Below are positions 59,380 to 63,721 of a stretch of 63,721 bases of DNA, piece after piece (position 1 is the stretch's first letter; every line of letters starts with the position of its first letter). The notes beneath the pieces are model-generated. The model had not been told where the DNA came from. It saw only the letters and a program-made list of their open reading frames with translations, and did no database searches. This DNA is from a virus (taxonomy: Duplodnaviria > Caudoviricetes). The stretch covers positions 1 through 63,721 of the IMG/VR virus record IMGVR_UViG_3300024351_000643. The stretch is one strand, 5' to 3'. The position numbers were made by a program, and so were the translations under genes.

Positions 59380-60108
59380 TTAAGAGTAGGTCCTTTTTGA
59401 CCATACTAAATTCTTATACACTCCACCGTCGGGAACTCTATACTTTTTTGAATTTTCTATATTTTTTTTATATAGAGCAGAAGGCTTTTCTATTATAATT
59501 TCACTTTGCCAGTCTTCTCTTTTAAAAGGAATCATTTGTGCTATTGGAGTACCAGCAGGTAAAACTCCTGAAAATCCCTCTCTGATAAAAAATGGCATTG
59601 AACCCATTAGATTAACCTTATCATTATCAATGATACCGCTTGTGGTTAAAAATGGCAACTCAAATCTATTAAAAGGTTGAGTATAAAGAACACTATAACC
59701 TTCTGGAGTTTCTACTGCCCAGTCTGGCATCCAAGCAAAATGAGTTCTGTAATATCCTTCTGGATGTTGAAACTGAGGCATTGGATCACGTTTTGTAACA
59801 AAATCTTCATACTTTTTTTCAGAAACCTTTACAGAAATTGATTTAAAATCACCTAAATAAAATTCTATATCGCATGGAGTTTTTAATGTGTATCCAGTAC
59901 CCATAATATCAAATATAGCTGGGCATGCCTTCCAGGTAGGAACCTTGCCTCCATCTGGGCCTATCCAATACTCTCCATCTGGTTTTTTTGCAAATCTATC
60001 TGCTTCACGAAACCACGAAGGTATGGTTTTTATTATTGGCTCTGGTTTCGAAATACTATCTTTCGTTAGCCAATCTCTGTTTGTAACAAATTTTATTATA
60101 TTTGTCAT
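59380..60108 (-). CDS. DUF6065-related protein (possible dUTPase-like beta fold)
   Basis: TWKACPA, TPEGYS, SGIIDND, GTPIAQMIP. Confidence 0.55.
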   Translation of the reverse strand: MTNIIKFVTNRDWLTKDSISKPEPIIKTIPSWFREADRFAKKPDGEYWIGPDGGKVPTWKACPAIFDIMGTGYTLKTPCDIEFYLGDFKSISVKVSEKKYEDFVTKRDPMPQFQHPEGYYRTHFAWMPDWAVETPEGYSVLYTQPFNRFELPFLTTSGIIDNDKVNLMGSMPFFIREGFSGVLPAGTPIAQMIPFKREDWQSEIIIEKPSALYKKNIENSKKYRVPDGGVYKNLVWSKRTYS

Positions 60109-60806
60109 TTAACCACTACACCTAGCTTTAAATTTTTAACTTCGTGTTCCCCAACCTTTTCGCCTTTTTCGTTTACCGCATCTCTATACCAGTCTGTCCA
60201 CTCTCCGTTTTTTGTATGCTCAAAAGATGCTTCACCGTAGCTTCTTTGTGCATCGGCATATTCTTGTGTCATAATAAAATTTTCGACTTGAATATATTGA
60301 TCTTTTAAGGCGGTTAAAGATATTGGCAAAATAGCTGCAATTGGAGTTCCTGCGGGAATTAAAACCTCCTCATTTGCAACACGTACTTGTATTGCAAGAG
60401 GCAACTCATTTGGATAAAAAGATGTAGATATAAGTGAGCTTATAACTTCAAAGTTTTTATTAAAATAATTTGGTGGATTGACAGCAAGCAGGCTTGTTGT
60501 TTGATTTGATCTAAATAGCAATCCAGTTTTAAAACTTATTGATGCTTGTCCTCTGCCTGTATAACACCAATCTTCTCCTTTTAATATTTTTACAGTAGAG
60601 TCAGTAGTGTCAACAACTCCATTCCAAGTAAAAACTATATCTTCTGGACAGGATAAATACCAACCAATTGTATTTGCTGTTGTTACTGGATAGCAATGAT
60701 AAGCATGTTTATCTGGAGTTGCATCCATCCATTCTCTTCTTACTGGAAGTGGATCAAGATTTAAAAACTTTGTTCCCATCCTGTAAGCTTTTAAAATCGG
60801 CTCCAT
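60105..60806 (-). CDS. DUF6065-family protein
   Basis: REWMDAT..HAYHCYP...ANTIGW; GTPIAAILP. Confidence 0.7.
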   Translation of the reverse strand: MEPILKAYRMGTKFLNLDPLPVRREWMDATPDKHAYHCYPVTTANTIGWYLSCPEDIVFTWNGVVDTTDSTVKILKGEDWCYTGRGQASISFKTGLLFRSNQTTSLLAVNPPNYFNKNFEVISSLISTSFYPNELPLAIQVRVANEEVLIPAGTPIAAILPISLTALKDQYIQVENFIMTQEYADAQRSYGEASFEHTKNGEWTDWYRDAVNEKGEKVGEHEVKNLKLGVVVK

Positions 60807-61516
60807 TAATCGCCAGTCTCCCTATATAGCTCTGGTGTGTGATATTTTTCACTATAATCAAGCATTGTTACAATTGAATACTTAGTTCCATTATGAACCT
60901 TTTTTGCCTGATGAGGATACATGTAGTTTGAAGGGAATATGTATAGATCTCCAGCTTGCGGTTTAATGTCTAGCTTTTGGAGTCTAAAATACAACTCTCC
61001 GCCCTCGTAGTCATCGTTTAAATAACCAACCAATGATACTACACAGTTATAAGAAAATCCATTATCGTGGTGCTCCATGAAGTGATGTCCTGGCTCATAT
61101 TTAATGTAGTTAAACGCTTCCCAGTATCTTAGCTGATAAATATTATACATTTTTGCATAGTCTTGTACAGCTGCAACCTGTGCATCAAAGCATTCTTGCC
61201 AAATTTCTTGTAGCTTTATTGAAGGTTCAGTTGGATCTTGGACAATATCAGTTCTTTTAAATTTAATATCCATGCAGTCTCTATAGTCTGGCATTCTTTC
61301 TTGATATCCAACATACGCTGGAGACCACTTATACTGATGTGATTCGTCAGCTAAAATATTTTCAAGTCTTTCAGGGATCCCTGGTTTAAAAACATTTCTA
61401 TAACACCATATTCCATCGCCCAAATCAATTTTTTCTGTCCATGTAGGTGCGTTAAATGCCTGCATTTTATCACGCATCATTTGTTTTACTTCTGCTTCAG
61501 TTTTTAATATTTCCAT
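60806..61516 (-). CDS. 2OG-Fe(II) oxygenase, P4H-like
   Basis: HHD...YLNDDYEGGE...HQA...KYS. Confidence 0.9.
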   Translation of the reverse strand: MEILKTEAEVKQMMRDKMQAFNAPTWTEKIDLGDGIWCYRNVFKPGIPERLENILADESHQYKWSPAYVGYQERMPDYRDCMDIKFKRTDIVQDPTEPSIKLQEIWQECFDAQVAAVQDYAKMYNIYQLRYWEAFNYIKYEPGHHFMEHHDNGFSYNCVVSLVGYLNDDYEGGELYFRLQKLDIKPQAGDLYIFPSNYMYPHQAKKVHNGTKYSIVTMLDYSEKYHTPELYRETGD

Positions 61517-61525
61517 TTTTATCCT

Positions 61526-62269
61526 TTAGTATGTCGATGATCCGTAGCCTGGTTGCTCGGTAAATAGTTTTGCAGCTTGTGGTTGATGGGCAATATCATT
61601 TAAATCCATCATGATTACTACACAATATTTTGTTCCTGACTTAATTGGTAAAGATGCGTGTTCGTAAATGTAGTTGGATGGGAATATTGCAATATCTCCA
61701 TATTCTGGTTTTATTACTTTGTTGTCCAATCTAGGGAAGTATATCTCGCCACCCTCGTAGTCATCGTTTAAATAAATAACAGCTGAAACTGTTGCGCTAT
61801 ATACTGGACCATGATCAGCATGAATCTTAAACTCTTTGCCCTCACCCTCATACTTTACAAAGTTAAATACTTCGTAATATTTAACTTCAATACCCCAATA
61901 CTGACAATAATCATTAACACATTTTTTTAACTTTTCATATATTTCAGAATAAACTTCATGCAATTCTTTATTTTTATCATTTATTGGTCCAAGGGATTTT
62001 GTATTCATTTTAAAATCAACACAATCTCTTGCTTTTTTAATTGGAGTCGCAGAATTAGTTACTCTAGCTTCGCTCCACGAATACTGAGTTCCGCTTACTA
62101 AATTTGATTCAAGTGTGTCTATGTATCTTTTTATATCTTCTTTAGAAAAAACATTTTTATAAACATCAAGACCTAGTGCTTCATTTACCACAGTTATTCC
62201 TTCAAATAACTTATTTGGCCTTCTATTTACTGTGGTCTCTGATCGATCTTTGTCAAACCAGTCATTCAT
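61526..62269 (-). CDS. 2OG-Fe(II) oxygenase, P4H-like (start refined to MNDWF)
   Basis: HAD...YLNDDYEGGE...HAS...KY; TGGTATACT at 62295-62303. Confidence 0.9.
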   Translation of the reverse strand: MNDWFDKDRSETTVNRRPNKLFEGITVVNEALGLDVYKNVFSKEDIKRYIDTLESNLVSGTQYSWSEARVTNSATPIKKARDCVDFKMNTKSLGPINDKNKELHEVYSEIYEKLKKCVNDYCQYWGIEVKYYEVFNFVKYEGEGKEFKIHADHGPVYSATVSAVIYLNDDYEGGEIYFPRLDNKVIKPEYGDIAIFPSNYIYEHASLPIKSGTKYCVVIMMDLNDIAHQPQAAKLFTEQPGYGSSTY

Positions 62270-62327
62270 TTTATTCCCCTTGCTATGTATTAAAAGTATA
62301 CCATTTTTTATTATTAAGAACAAGATG

Positions 62328-62360
62328 CAATAAGGGGGCAGATTGTCTGCCCCCTTATTG
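62328..62360. terminator. Perfect 15-bp inverted repeat (terminator or processing stem)
   Basis: CAATAAGGGGGCAGA-ttg-TCTGCCCCCTTATTG. Confidence 0.65.
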
Positions 62361-62369
62361 TTTATATGT

Positions 62370-63698
62370 TTAGGCTATTGTTAAGAAATTACCTGCAATA
62401 TACCATGGATTTGGAGTTGTTCTTACATCATATACATCATGTAGGTCTTCTGTCTTTGTTATATTAACAATCTCTACATATGAGACCTCTGACATTTCGC
62501 TTATCATGACTAATACGTCTCCAATTTTGACCTCTCCAGTATCTTTATAGGTTATTCCGTTTTCAGTCTTAACGAATACTGGCTGCCCGTCTGAGAATGT
62601 AGCTTCAAGGTCATTAAACTTAAGTAATGTTTTTTGACTCTTTTCAATTTTTACAATCTCTGACTCAACAAATGTAACATGGTCTGAAATCTTAAAGTCT
62701 TTTAAGTTTTCTCCATTATTCATATATTCTGGGCTTACGGTTAGAATTTTATCTCCAACCAACAGCATGTGTGCTGGAACCCATCCATTTGTTGCGGTTA
62801 GTACCTTTGTATCTGATCCAAGACACTTGTATCCCTTGAATCCTGGTGGGAAGAACGGACCGAATGAAGGTGGGAAGAACGGACCGAATGAAGGTGGGAA
62901 GAATGGTGGGAAGAATGGGAAGTAAGGGAAGTATGGCGGGAAGTATGGTGGGAAGAATGGGAAGAATGGGAAGAACGGTGGGAAGTATGGTGGGAAGAAT
63001 GGGAAGAATGGGAAGTAAGGTGGGAAGTAAGGTGGGAAGAATGGGAAGAATGGGAAATACGGCGGGAAGAATGGGAAGTAAGGTGGGAAGAACGGCGCCG
63101 TAGTAGTAATAGAATTTGAACTAGCAGAATAAGTAGAATTACCGTTAGCATTTTTAGCTAAAACCTGGTAAGTTTGTGCTGTCCCTGCAGTTTCTGAAAT
63201 TGTTGCCGATGTTGTGTTTGCATCGTAATTATACGTTGGACCATCACTTGACTTTAATGTGTATCCAGTGATAGCCTTGCCTCCATTATTAGCTGGAGCT
63301 GACCATGTAACAACATCCTGGTTTGCGTTTGGCGAAGATGCCTGAGGCGCTGATGGTGCTTGCGGAACAGTAGTAATCGCTGTAGACGCAGAAGTTGTTG
63401 GCTGGCTATTTCCAGCATTATTTGAAGCAACTACAGTAAATGTATACGAACCTGCTGTTAAACCAGTAAATGTATAGCTAGTATTTGTTGTAGTTTGTGT
63501 TGTAGATGCAGGTGTTGTTGTAATTGTATAGAGTGTCGCTGGTGGAGAGGCTGCTGGTAAAGACCATGAGAGCGACGCTTCGCCGCTCCCATAGGCCTTA
63601 TTTGTTCCAACATCTGTCACTGTCAGCGATGTTACTGCATTTGGCTCAAGAAAGTTGTCTTGTGCTGATGATTTAATACCTATCTTTTTATTTGCCAT
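62370..63698 (-). CDS. FN3-FN3 + Pro/Phe/Tyr repeat + C-terminal Hint domain protein
   Basis: Two FN3 domains (LSWS..YTFTV; VTWSAP..NGG..ITGY); 84-aa PFF/PPYF tract; CLGSDTKV...VGDKI...VYDV Hint blocks. Confidence 0.85.
   Translation of the reverse strand: MANKKIGIKSSAQDNFLEPNAVTSLTVTDVGTNKAYGSGEASLSWSLPAASPPATLYTITTTPASTTQTTTNTSYTFTGLTAGSYTFTVVASNNAGNSQPTTSASTAITTVPQAPSAPQASSPNANQDVVTWSAPANNGGKAITGYTLKSSDGPTYNYDANTTSATISETAGTAQTYQVLAKNANGNSTYSASSNSITTTAPFFPPYFPFFPPYFPFFPFFPPYFPPYFPFFPFFPPYFPPFFPFFPFFPPYFPPYFPYFPFFPPFFPPSFGPFFPPSFGPFFPPGFKGYKCLGSDTKVLTATNGWVPAHMLLVGDKILTVSPEYMNNGENLKDFKISDHVTFVESEIVKIEKSQKTLLKFNDLEATFSDGQPVFVKTENGITYKDTGEVKIGDVLVMISEMSEVSYVEIVNITKTEDLHDVYDVRTTPNPWYIAGNFLTIA
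62844..63095 (-). repeat. In-frame 9/12-nt unit repeat array encoding PFF/PPYF/PPFF
   Basis: Tandem gggaagaat, ggtgggaagta and variants on the + strand. Confidence 0.95.
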
Positions 63699-63721
63699 TT
63701 ATTATGCTCCAATCTTATGCT

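Noticed and set aside
62844-63095. CRISPR-like array
   Set aside because: There are no unique spacers; it is a coding tandem repeat
62798-63151. Alternate-frame His/Ser-rich and antisense MGR-repeat ORFs
   Set aside because: These are shadows of the PFY repeat; synonymous variation fits the Pro/Phe/Tyr frame
1-63721. Stop-codon reassignment, integrase or reverse-transcriptase/DGR system
   Set aside because: Genes are intact in the standard code with all three stops used, and no such enzymes are recognisable

Overview
This AT-rich window is part of a large tailed dsDNA phage genome with long-tail (siphovirus-like) morphogenesis genes. Essentially all genes lie on the minus strand and use the standard genetic code. 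The host is inferred to be an actinobacterium, possibly freshwater acI-like, based on leaderless extended -10 promoters, the AhpC/AhpD pair and a DnaE-type replisome. In transcription order (right to left) the window holds: (1) an FN3 + Pro/Phe/Tyr-repeat + Hint-domain protein followed by six prolyl-hydroxylase-like 2OG-Fe(II) oxygenases and two DUF6065-like proteins; (2) a collagen-like fibre and a LamG protein; (3) portal, protease, capsid, neck, tail, a frameshifted tail chaperone, tape measure and tail tip; (4) a replication/recombination module (DnaB, DnaG, SSB, DnaE, RecA, nucleases); (5) terminase; (6) five tRNAs with two structured intergenic RNAs; (7) an oxidative-stress/iron/sulfur auxiliary island; (8) a membrane/PA14 cluster. 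The best candidate novel system is the PFY-repeat Hint protein with its hydroxylase battery. Several candidate ncRNAs are also notable. All family calls come from motif recognition by eye, not database searches.
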